DNA from: Bacteroidales bacterium
GTDB lineage: Bacteria > Bacteroidota > Bacteroidia > Bacteroidales > ML635J-15
Direction: 5' to 3'
Assembly (NCBI GenBank): GCA_049975305.1
Contig: JBNGDT010000004.1
Span: forward strand, 1-43,938
Length of the DNA: 43,938 bases
Positions 29,501-37,261 of this stretch are shown here, piece after piece. Position 1 is the first letter of the stretch, and each line of letters opens with the position of its first letter. The notes under the pieces are model-generated. The model was not told where the DNA came from and did not search any database. It was given only the letters and a program-made list of their open reading frames with translations. A program made the translations under genes and the position numbers.

Positions 29501-30175
29501 TGGTCCTTTAGTTGTAACATCAATGATACCACCGGTAGCGTCACCATATTTGGCGGCAATACCACCTGTTACAACTGATATTTGTTCGATGGCGGATTTA
29601 GGTACAGCGTTTGTACCGCGTACTTTTACACCATCAACATAATAAACGGTAGCTTCAGAACGAGCACCACGGATGCTGCCAACTTCACCATCTTCTGAAT
29701 ATACACCACCAACGGTTGTTGCCACAGCATCGGCTGAACGGCCAGGCATTTTGGCAATATCTTCGGATGTAACTGTTCCCCCTGACTGGGTTTGGTCTTT
29801 CTTAATCAGCGGAACTATATATTCTTTTACTTCTACTTCATCGAGAATTTCAACGGATGCTTTCAGTGCAAAATTCTGAAAGGCAATTTTACCGGCCTCG
29901 ATTTGCACATTATTATACTGTAATGAAGCGTATCCAACGTATGAAGCTTTTACGGTATATTTGCCTGCCGGTATGGGTTTTATCTGGTATTGACCGTCAA
30001 AATCCGTCATACCTCCGGTCAATGTGTTTCCATTTTCTTCGATACTCACATTGGCAAAGGGTATCGGTTCTCCGGTTTCTGCATCAAGGACTTTCCCTTT
30101 TAGTGTTCCGGATTGTGCGAAAGCACCTGTGCTGATTACAAGTGCTGTTAAACCAATAATTAATCTCCGTAGCAT
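26531..30175 (-). CDS. TonB-dependent-receptor-like protein with an N-terminal carboxypeptidase-regulatory-like domain
   Basis: Signal peptide AFA-Q, GKVLDAETGEPIPFANV, plug (IRGARSEATVYYVDGV...GGIAAKYGDATGGII), barrel motifs (YIQDK, GIRVDRFD, PRVAFSFPI), terminal PRTIRLGVQFSF. Confidence 0.92.
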   Translation of the reverse strand: MLRRLIIGLTALVISTGAFAQSGTLKGKVLDAETGEPIPFANVSIEENGNTLTGGMTDFDGQYQIKPIPAGKYTVKASYVGYASLQYNNVQIEAGKIAFQNFALKASVEILDEVEVKEYIVPLIKKDQTQSGGTVTSEDIAKMPGRSADAVATTVGGVYSEDGEVGSIRGARSEATVYYVDGVKVRGTNAVPKSAIEQISVVTGGIAAKYGDATGGIIDVTTKGPTSKFFGGAEVVTSQFLDPYGYNLNGLMLSGPIYRTKEAGTDRQRTVAGFLISSELKYIKDEYPSAIGTWVAKDDTRDQIANDPLRVIPTEAGLPIVYQNADFLRKDAFKNVDTRPNAERMKLNLAGKLDFQPIKNLNLTFGGTMDYRNQRLYSYSYSLFNSENNGQQIYNNWRVYGRLTQKFQAPPPEVGEEPEQRLIKNAYYSIQVDYSKTSSTTQDADHKDNFFDYGYIGKYETIPEKFYQWGIDTASNLEGWIHETYFYRIDSFTPGTKNPELSTYSEQFFDIVKDLYYIDRNTVIQNGGLLNGSGPASIAGLYTAPGMPYTSYTKTNNNQIRVSANGVADIKDHEITLGFEFEQRNDNYFALAPFGLWGLAEDLMNKHIMERDLSNPNPVYDANGVFQDTINYPRLFNASQQALFDLKFREHLGKPVDGLEWIDVDSYDPDEFDISYFSASELFNQGNTYVSYYGYDHTGKKLDYDPSFEDFFTKTDEFGNLTRPIPSFQPNYIAGYIQDKFSFQDLIFNIGIRVDRFDANQRVLKDQYMFSDAYRVGESDPAGLLAESKIPGNINNGAVVYVNDAENPSRITGFRDGDTWYTSDGTETENPNAIAGPTGITPYLLENDELNTNAFVDYEPQMTVMPRVAFSFPISDEALFFAHYDILSKRPSYNARLNPIQYLYIRQVNQEPINNPNQITEKTIDYEVGYQQKLGNTSSLKLSAYYREMRDMQQTIAVNGAYPVNYYTYGNIDFGTVKGFTAAYDLRRTGNVSLRASYTLQFANGTGSSYESGLDIIKSNQPNLRTTIPLNFDQRHNFAVSMDYRYGGKANGTPYKGPKWFNTDFFANTGVNFVVNAGSGSPYSKLNRPSNGKLIGSLNGSRKPWRTTINMRLDRDIRLTLKEKDNDAGTKEKFAFLNVYLEISNLMNAKNVLNVYGYTGNPDDNGFLTYAAFQDAIASQTDEEAYRNYYTMYINSPYNYSTPRTIRLGVQFSF

Positions 30176-30310
30176 AGTTTTATCTTCTTTAGTGTTCTTT
30201 ATTATTATTATTTAATTTTACTATTAAACTTAACCCAATTAGTTTATTTAAGAAAGCGTAAATATAATGTCCAAAATCAAACGAGCAAAATAAAATCAAA
30301 TAAAAATTCC

Positions 30311-30796
30311 TTATAAATATTTTGTGTTTAAAATTTCTGAGAAAATTACAGCTTTTTTAATATCAAATCTGTTGGCAATTTTTGCAGTCTCAGATTTTGG
30401 CTGTGCTCTCAAATCCTTATTAATCTCTTGATTTAAAGCTGCTTTTGCTTTCCCGGCGTCAATATCGTCATTTTCCACGTTTTGAACGGATGCTTTGTAT
30501 TTCGTCAGATTTTGTTCATTAATTTGATTAAAAGCCCTCTTTATGTCATTTTTTTTGTTTTCAATTTCTGCATCAGAATATGTGTATGCATACTTATTTT
30601 TTGATGCAGGTTGATCATGAGTGTTGGTGTCCAAATCATTTTCTGATTCATCAGCGTTGAAAAAGCCATGGGCACTGCCAGCAGGTTGGGATGTTGTTTT
30701 TGATTTTTGATTTTTCTTTTCGAGCGCACTCAACAAAGGAACTCCGAAAGCAAAAGCAATGATCAACAATAAATTAAGAATATCTCCTGTTTCCAT
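30311..30796 (-). CDS. Hypothetical membrane-anchored protein
   Basis: N-terminal TM helix, low-complexity middle, C-terminal 'KKAVIFSEILNTKY' motif of a small Bacteroidota family. Confidence 0.75.
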   Translation of the reverse strand: METGDILNLLLIIAFAFGVPLLSALEKKNQKSKTTSQPAGSAHGFFNADESENDLDTNTHDQPASKNKYAYTYSDAEIENKKNDIKRAFNQINEQNLTKYKASVQNVENDDIDAGKAKAALNQEINKDLRAQPKSETAKIANRFDIKKAVIFSEILNTKYL

Positions 30797-30840
30797 AATT
30801 AAGGGTTTTTATTTTTATTGAATAATTTTTCCCAAAAAGG

Positions 30841-31188
30841 TTATTTCCGGCTTGAATTTTTCCGGGCTTCACGTTCCGATTTTTTCATACGCTTGTACAC
30901 TTTTTTCCCGTTAACAAGCTCTTTACTGCTGCCGGGCACTTCTTTTTTGTATTTTTTTAAATTACGTTTATGTTGGCGTTCGCGTTGTTTTGCCTGTTTT
31001 GTCTGTTTTCTTTCTGCTTTTCTTACAGCTCTCTCTTCTAAACGCTCCTGGCGGGTGCTGTGATGCTTGCGTTTTTTCATTTTTTGATCAATAGAATACC
31101 TGTTTTGTGCATTGACACAATTTAAATCTGGTGAGATGGACGGAAACACCCACGTGATAAAAAGGCCTATTATCAAAAACTTTTTCAT
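30841..31188 (-). CDS. Hypothetical exported Lys/Arg-rich protein
   Basis: MKKFLIIG signal-like start at 31188, processing site VNA-Q, strongly basic mature part. Confidence 0.65.
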   Translation of the reverse strand: MKKFLIIGLFITWVFPSISPDLNCVNAQNRYSIDQKMKKRKHHSTRQERLEERAVRKAERKQTKQAKQRERQHKRNLKKYKKEVPGSSKELVNGKKVYKRMKKSEREARKNSSRK

Positions 31189-31233
31189 AAATTTGTATCC
31201 AACAAAGTAAATAAATGTTATTGCGGGACAAAT

Positions 31234-31668
31234 ATGCATATTTTAAAAACAAAAATAGTAAAAATTTTCATTTTAACAATATTAATGGTATGTAGTTTTT
31301 CAGCATGTCAGGATGACGATTACATTCCCGAGGTGATGTTTAATTATTACATTGATTTGAATTCTGTACAATACAACAGCCTGAAAATTCCCGGAAATGC
31401 AGAATATATGAATGTGGCAGGATACAGGGGAGTTATTGTGCACTGTAATTATACTGATGAGTACGTGGCTTTTGAAAGAGCCTGCCCCTATCATCCGGAA
31501 GCAGACGATGCAGTGGTGGAAATTGAAGACAATAGCATAGCAACTTGTCCTGAATGTGGATCACAGTTTTCTTTATTTGACGGTTCGGTGATAAAAGGGC
31601 CTGCTGAGTTACCATTGAAAAGGTATTATACTGACTTGCAGGGGAGTCATTTATATGTTTATAATTGA
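31234..31668 (+). CDS. Rieske-like domain lipoprotein
   Basis: Lipobox FSA-C followed by acidic QDDD; AFERACPYH...ATCPECGSQFSLFDGSVIKGPA..PL..Y. Confidence 0.85.
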   Translation: MHILKTKIVKIFILTILMVCSFSACQDDDYIPEVMFNYYIDLNSVQYNSLKIPGNAEYMNVAGYRGVIVHCNYTDEYVAFERACPYHPEADDAVVEIEDNSIATCPECGSQFSLFDGSVIKGPAELPLKRYYTDLQGSHLYVYN

Positions 31669-31708
31669 TCGGTGGTTGGTGGGGTGATCGGTAATCGGTG
31701 GTCAGTAG
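31666..31708 (+). repeat. Short degenerate 7-mer array
   Basis: tgatcgg tggttgg ... tgatcgg taatcgg tggtcag. Confidence 0.5.
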
Positions 31709-31905
31709 TGGGATTGTCTTCACTGTCAGTTTTTATTAACAATATAGTGTCATATTTTGTCATTCAAACCAAAATAATATTTCACAAATAACAGCACTCA
31801 AATCTATCATTGACATTGTTGGGTGTTATTTAGTGTTTGTCCATAGAGTCAGTGTTCCTCCATAAAGTTGAACATTTTTCTATAATTGAATAATGGAGAC
31901 TAATC

Positions 31906-32015
31906 AGTCCGGAGTCCGGAGTCCGAAGACCGTAGTCGGAAGTAAAGCATACACTTTTAAAGTGAAAATTAATTAATGTGATATCTTCGGACTTCCGTCT
32001 TCCGTCTTCCGACTT
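31906..32015. repeat. Inverted array of 7-mer units
   Basis: Left arm agtccgg agtccgg agtccga agaccgt agtcgga; right arm cttcgga cttccgt cttccgt cttccga. Confidence 0.8.
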
Positions 32016-32048
32016 TTATCTATACAAGCTGTACTTTATAGACAGACT

Positions 32049-33053
32049 CTATTTAAACAATGACCTTACATTGCCTGCAATCAGTTCATTTTTAGCATCA
32101 CGAAGATTTTCGATGGGTTTAATCTTATCAAATTGCGCCTGTACTTGTTCGCGGTTAGGCATTGTTAAACGCATCTTGTTGTTGTTTTGATTGTCAACAT
32201 AATAAATATAGGTAACATTGCCTGCCGGGAATGCGGGTGACAACTCAGGTATGTCGCGCTCCTGCATTGGTGTAGTGATATAATTGTCTTTTTTTGCAGG
32301 AATTATTGCTGCAGTCAGCCGGGGCAAATGTTCTGTTTTTATTTCAGATGTTCTCTGTTCATAGTTCTGTGCTGCATTTGTATTTCTAATGGCAACCGGT
32401 AGGTTAGGGGGTGCAACTTGAGCTGTTTGCATGGATGCATTAGCATTTATCTGTGAGATATTGGTTTCCGGGTGTGTGTATTTTTCTGCATCAACCATAA
32501 TCAAGTTGCCTTGTGCAAGAGGCTGAGAATTGAAAGGGTGGTTTGTTTGAAGCAGACTTAACCGAAGCATGCCAACAACCAGCAACCCTGTTATCACAGC
32601 AGCAGCGGCAACATATTGCATTTGTTTCATGGAAATTAGCGGGGCTTTCTTTTTCAGGGCTGATTTACGAGGGTAAGTGATGTTTTTGTCCGGATTAAGT
32701 TTTGATTTAAGGTATAATTCATAATCATCAATGGCCGATGGATCTGAAGAAAGCAGATTTTCTGCATGTTGTTTTTCATCTTCAATCAAATCATTTTCAG
32801 CCAGGCCGATGAGCAGTTTTTCCCGTTGATTGAATTCCGGCATTTCTTCATCACGTTTCAATGTATTTTTATGGTTAAAATTCAATTGAGCATCCGGATT
32901 CAATGTTAAACCAGATAGATCAAAAATATCAGCATCCAATTGAGGATTATCAATTAAAAAGGACTCAAGTGCTTTTGTATCTTCTGCACCCAGTGTTCCC
33001 TCCATGAAATCCAACAGGTATGCTTCGTAGTTATGTTTGTTTATTTTTGACAT
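32049..33053 (-). CDS. Putative anti-sigma factor
   Basis: Directly downstream of an ECF sigma. N-terminal 'INKHNYEAYLLDFMEGTL', a second similar helical unit, then a TM helix 'YVAAAAVITGLLVVG'. Confidence 0.8.
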   Translation of the reverse strand: MSKINKHNYEAYLLDFMEGTLGAEDTKALESFLIDNPQLDADIFDLSGLTLNPDAQLNFNHKNTLKRDEEMPEFNQREKLLIGLAENDLIEDEKQHAENLLSSDPSAIDDYELYLKSKLNPDKNITYPRKSALKKKAPLISMKQMQYVAAAAVITGLLVVGMLRLSLLQTNHPFNSQPLAQGNLIMVDAEKYTHPETNISQINANASMQTAQVAPPNLPVAIRNTNAAQNYEQRTSEIKTEHLPRLTAAIIPAKKDNYITTPMQERDIPELSPAFPAGNVTYIYYVDNQNNNKMRLTMPNREQVQAQFDKIKPIENLRDAKNELIAGNVRSLFK

Positions 33054-33062
33054 GTTACCTTA

Positions 33063-33551
33063 TTATATAATAGCTTCAATGCTACCGATTTTTTCTTTCA
33101 TTGCTGATCTTGCCCTGTAAATATAGACTTTCACCTGTGATTCTGTCAATCCTGTGATTTCTGCAATCTCTTTGTATGAATAAGATTCATAATCGCGGAG
33201 TAACAATACCGAACGTTGTGTTTCATTTAAATCATTAAGCACACTATTTAACACTTCGCTCAAATCGCTATAATGATCATCATGATAAGATGATGATACA
33301 TCATGTATTTCATCCAAATGTTGAGCATATTTGTTCTTTCTTTTCATGTCAATCATACGATTATGTGCTGTCGTAAACAAATAGGAGCGAACTTTTTTTG
33401 CATCAACTTTTTCATGATTTATCCACAATCGTTCATAGGTGTCCTGCACAATATCACGTGACAATTCTTCATCTTTCAGATTGCTCAGGATAAACCTGTA
33501 CACGTTGTCAGCGTACTCTTCCACACTATCGTTATACTCCTTTGTTGTCAT
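33063..33551 (-). CDS. RNA polymerase ECF-type sigma-70 factor
   Basis: DIVQDTYERLW, SYLFTTAHN, QRSVLLLRDYESYSYKEIAEITG..ESQVKVYIYRAR. Confidence 0.95.
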   Translation of the reverse strand: MTTKEYNDSVEEYADNVYRFILSNLKDEELSRDIVQDTYERLWINHEKVDAKKVRSYLFTTAHNRMIDMKRKNKYAQHLDEIHDVSSSYHDDHYSDLSEVLNSVLNDLNETQRSVLLLRDYESYSYKEIAEITGLTESQVKVYIYRARSAMKEKIGSIEAII

Positions 33552-33563
33552 AAATCAGTTGTG

Positions 33564-33590
33564 TAACGAATTGACGGCTGAAAAGTTACA
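33564..33590 (-). promoter_or_regulatory. Probable ECF-type autoregulatory promoter
   Basis: Minus strand TGTAAC-N16-CGTTA, 12 nt upstream of the sigma start; fits the AAC/CGT ECF pattern. Confidence 0.5.
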
Positions 33591-33632
33591 ATTGATGTTT
33601 AAATTATGCCTGTTCATTTTAATGAAATTACT

Positions 33633-33640
33633 TAGATTTG
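33633..33640 (+). promoter_or_regulatory. Bacteroidota -7 element
   Basis: TAGATTTG 6 nt before the ATG at 33647. Confidence 0.55.
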
Positions 33641-33646
33641 CACGGT

Positions 33647-34393
33647 ATGAAAAAACGAGGATTTAATTCAGAGGAGCAGTCAGGTGTTCGACTGAATAAA
33701 TATTTATCCAATGCAGGTGTATGTTCGCGTCGTGAGGCAGATAAACATATAGCCGAAGGTCATGTAAAAGTAAACGGTAATGTAGTAAAAAACCTCGGGG
33801 TAAAGATTCCTCAACATGCAAAAGTGGAATTTAAGGGGCAGGTTATTCACGGCGAAAAAAATGTTTATATCCTGCTCAACAAGCCCAAAGATGTGGTTAC
33901 TACCATGAATGACCCCGACGGCAGACATACCGTATATGATATTATTAAGGATTCTGTTAGCGAACGGGTATATCCTGTTGGCAGGTTGGACAGGAACACC
34001 ACAGGGCTTTTGCTTTTGACCAATGATGGTGACCTAACACAACGCCTGTTGCATCCTAAATACAACAAAAAGAAAATATATCATGTTGGCCTTGACAAGC
34101 CTGTTGACCCTAAGGACATGGACATTATCAACAAAGGAATTGAGCTTGAAGACGGTTTTATTAAAGCAGATGACCTGGCTTATGTGGATGACACAAAAAT
34201 GGAAGTAGGTATTGAAATCCATTCGGGCAAAAACCGCATCGTACACCGGATTTTTGAACATCTGGGTTATAAAGTAAAAAAACTTGACCGTGTGTATTTT
34301 GCCGGGCTGACAAAAAAAAACCTGCCGCGTGGAAAATACAGGTATTTGAAGCCAAATGAAATCAACATGCTGAAGAGTGGAAAATTCAAATAA
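33647..34393 (+). CDS. rRNA pseudouridine synthase, RsuA/RluB/RluF family, with S4 domain
   Basis: RLNKYLSNAGVCSRREAD, LLNKPK, catalytic YPVGRLDRNTTGLLLLTNDG. Confidence 0.95.
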   Translation: MKKRGFNSEEQSGVRLNKYLSNAGVCSRREADKHIAEGHVKVNGNVVKNLGVKIPQHAKVEFKGQVIHGEKNVYILLNKPKDVVTTMNDPDGRHTVYDIIKDSVSERVYPVGRLDRNTTGLLLLTNDGDLTQRLLHPKYNKKKIYHVGLDKPVDPKDMDIINKGIELEDGFIKADDLAYVDDTKMEVGIEIHSGKNRIVHRIFEHLGYKVKKLDRVYFAGLTKKNLPRGKYRYLKPNEINMLKSGKFK

Positions 34394-36863
34394 ATTTTGG
34401 TTAGGGATTACGATTACATTGTGTTTGCTAGTTCCTGTGTTTACTATTGCACAGGAAACATTGCGGGGACGCATTACAGATGCAGAAACCGGAAAGCCGT
34501 TAACTTTTGTTAATGTGGTATATAATGATGCCAGGCAAGGAACCACAACAGACCTTGATGGTTATTTTAGCATACCCCTCACTCACTCGCCGGATTTTCT
34601 GAAATGCAGTTTTATAGGGTATAAAGAAAAAATGGTGGATGTACCTGAAAATAAAAACTATATTGAAATATCCCTTGAGCCAAAAGCATATACGTTGAAT
34701 GAAGTAACAGTATTGCCGGGCATAAATCCGGCGCATCGGATTATCGGGGGCGCCATTGGTATGCGGGACAAACATGCCCCTCACAACCTGGATTCATATA
34801 CATATACTTCCTACAGTAAATTTTACATCACCATAGAGGTTGACAGTTTGCGTCAACTTGCAGACACAGATACCACAACCGAATTATCCGACACTTCCAC
34901 ACTGGCAAAGACCATTAAATTTCTCAATGAGAAACACTTGTTTATGATGGAATCGGTGACAGAAAAAAAGTTTGAATATCCTGACAAATCTTCAGAAAAA
35001 GTGCTTGCCAGCCGCATGTCCGGATTAAAAAAGCCATTTTTTACCTACATGGCTTCCGAATTTCAATCCTTTTCGTTTTATCGCCAAAGCATTGATGTGG
35101 GAGGCCAGGAATTTATCTCTCCCTTATGCGATAATTGTACAAATAAGTATTTTTTTCTGCTCCAGGACAGCCTTTTTCATGAATCCGGGGATACCAGCTT
35201 TGTGATTTCTTTTCGTCCTCATCGGAACACCAATTTCAAAGGACTAAAAGGGTTTATCACCATTACTTCAGATGGCTGGGCAATAGAAAATGTTATGGCA
35301 GAACCCATGGAAACAGGGGGGATATTTAGTATAAAGATACAGCAGAAATATGAAAAAATAAACGGGAAATACTGGTTCCCCATTCAACTTAACACGGATT
35401 TTATTTTCAATTTAGACCAGGCCAATGCCAACAGTGTTTCCATAAGTAATGATACAACAAGGAGCAATACAATACCCATGATTGGTGTTGGGAAAACCTA
35501 CATCCGTGATATTAATATTAACACACCAATTGATGAAAAAATACTTGGAGGCACGAAAATCGAGTATGAAAAAGAAGCTGCAGAACGGAACACATCGTGG
35601 TGGAATGAATACAGGCAATCTCCTTTGAACTCCAAAGAAAAAGAAACTTACAGGCTAATAGATTCACTGGGGGAAGAACACAATTTTGACCACCTGGTGG
35701 AAAGCATAGAAATCATTGCCACGGGTGCCATTCCCTGGAAAATATTCAACATCCGGCTCAACGAACTGATGTGGTACAACGAATTTGAAGGATACAGGCT
35801 GGGGCTTGGACTGGAAACCAACAGTAGGATGAGTGAATATTTCAGGCTATACGGTTTTGGGGCTTACGGTTTTCGTGATAAAACATTAAAATACAGCGGT
35901 GGTGTGGCTTTATATCCCCTGAAAAACAATCAGCTCATTGTTGATGTGGAGTACATCTATGATGTAATGGCTTCCAATCAGATTTTTTATGAAAGCCGTT
36001 TGTTTAGCACAGAGAGTTTCCGAACCTTGTTTCTCAAAGAAATGGATTATTATAAAACCTGGCGTGCATCGCTTAAGGCACAGCCATTCAGGGGCTTCTA
36101 TGCCAATGCCTACCTTGACCACAACCAGATTGATGTGACAAACAATTACCGGTTTTTTCACAATGAATTTATTAATGATATCAGGGAATGGCAGGCAGGT
36201 CTTGAGTTGCACTGGGTGATAAAAGAAAACATTCTGCGCACCCCTGAAGGCAATGTCATCGGGCTTGGTAGCAAATACCCGGAGATGTATGTCAATATTC
36301 GCAAAGGCCTGCCCTATAAATCTGCATCAGAGCCTGATTACTGGCGTTTTGATGGGCGCATAAACCAGACATTTAAAACGCGGTGGGCCGGCGATTTTCA
36401 TTTTACCATAGATGGTGGCTATGTGCTGGGTGATGGTGATAATTACCTTCAGAATTTTTATATGCCCGGCACCGGGGTCTGGCTTGATGCTGATAAGAGT
36501 TTTGCTACCATGCGCCCGCATGATTTTATTGCAGACCGGTTTGCGGCAGCCTATTTTAAATACGATATTGGCAGCCTTTTGTTCAGCATAAAAAAGTGGA
36601 AACCTGAATTTGCTTTTGTTACCAGGGCTTGTATCGGGGAATATGATTATCAATTTCCTCAACCCTTCCCGTACAACACAGGATACAAGCCTGCATCAGC
36701 ACCTTCTGACGGGTACATTGAATCGGGATTGCAATTCAATGCGTTGTTGCGTCAGTCTTTCTTTAAGTATGGATCAGGCGTTTATTACCATTATGGCCCC
36801 GTAAGTTCGGATATTTTCAAAGAAAACCTGGCGGTAAAATTCAGGCTGGAATATGCGTTTTAG
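34377..36863 (+). CDS. Carboxypeptidase-regulatory-like domain + DUF5686-type outer-membrane protein
   Basis: Signal peptide TIA-Q, GRITDAETGKPL.FVNV...GTTTDLDGYF, NPAHRII, FISPL....Y.F, YNEFEGYRLG, terminal Phe. Confidence 0.85.
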   Translation: MENSNKFWLGITITLCLLVPVFTIAQETLRGRITDAETGKPLTFVNVVYNDARQGTTTDLDGYFSIPLTHSPDFLKCSFIGYKEKMVDVPENKNYIEISLEPKAYTLNEVTVLPGINPAHRIIGGAIGMRDKHAPHNLDSYTYTSYSKFYITIEVDSLRQLADTDTTTELSDTSTLAKTIKFLNEKHLFMMESVTEKKFEYPDKSSEKVLASRMSGLKKPFFTYMASEFQSFSFYRQSIDVGGQEFISPLCDNCTNKYFFLLQDSLFHESGDTSFVISFRPHRNTNFKGLKGFITITSDGWAIENVMAEPMETGGIFSIKIQQKYEKINGKYWFPIQLNTDFIFNLDQANANSVSISNDTTRSNTIPMIGVGKTYIRDININTPIDEKILGGTKIEYEKEAAERNTSWWNEYRQSPLNSKEKETYRLIDSLGEEHNFDHLVESIEIIATGAIPWKIFNIRLNELMWYNEFEGYRLGLGLETNSRMSEYFRLYGFGAYGFRDKTLKYSGGVALYPLKNNQLIVDVEYIYDVMASNQIFYESRLFSTESFRTLFLKEMDYYKTWRASLKAQPFRGFYANAYLDHNQIDVTNNYRFFHNEFINDIREWQAGLELHWVIKENILRTPEGNVIGLGSKYPEMYVNIRKGLPYKSASEPDYWRFDGRINQTFKTRWAGDFHFTIDGGYVLGDGDNYLQNFYMPGTGVWLDADKSFATMRPHDFIADRFAAAYFKYDIGSLLFSIKKWKPEFAFVTRACIGEYDYQFPQPFPYNTGYKPASAPSDGYIESGLQFNALLRQSFFKYGSGVYYHYGPVSSDIFKENLAVKFRLEYAF

Positions 36864-36882
36864 TCACAGGCAGGATATGCAT

Positions 36883-36936
36883 GCGGTTTTGGCATGAATT
36901 TTTGCGTGTTGTTGCATAAAATCATGCCAAAACCGC
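36883..36936. repeat. 23-bp-arm hairpin between convergent genes (terminator or REP-like)
   Basis: gcggttttggcatgaatttttgc / gcataaaatcatgccaaaaccgc, with 2 mismatches. Confidence 0.75.
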
Positions 36937-36946
36937 CTTTAAAATT

Positions 36947-37156
36947 TTACTTTTTATCTGCCAACGCTTGCAAATCGTCAACAAATCCCTGGATTTTATC
37001 CTCATCAAATCCTTTTTCACGGGCCGCTTCTTCGAGGGTTCCCCAAATCGGTTCTCCACAACGCAAACACCGGATTCCATGCTCTGCCAAATACGATACA
37101 GAATCCGGAACATTGTCCACCAATTCTTCAATGTAAATGTCTTTTGTGATTTTCAT
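36947..37156 (-). CDS. DUF1858-like small CxxC protein
   Basis: MKITKDIYIEELV...GIRCLRCGE...TLEEAAREKG; ATG at 37156. Confidence 0.82.
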   Translation of the reverse strand: MKITKDIYIEELVDNVPDSVSYLAEHGIRCLRCGEPIWGTLEEAAREKGFDEDKIQGFVDDLQALADKK

Positions 37157-37261
37157 ACTTCTCCAATTTCTGATGTTTTTTTCTTTTTGAATGACAAATA
37201 TAATGAACAATTGTTCACAATGAAAGCACGAAATGGTAAAAGTTCCGTGTTTTGTGTTTAT

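Noticed and set aside
36889-36905. Sigma-54 promoter (TTGGCA...TTGC)
   Set aside because: The GG-to-GC spacing is 11 rather than 10 nt, the motif is one arm of a hairpin, and it lies between convergent gene ends.
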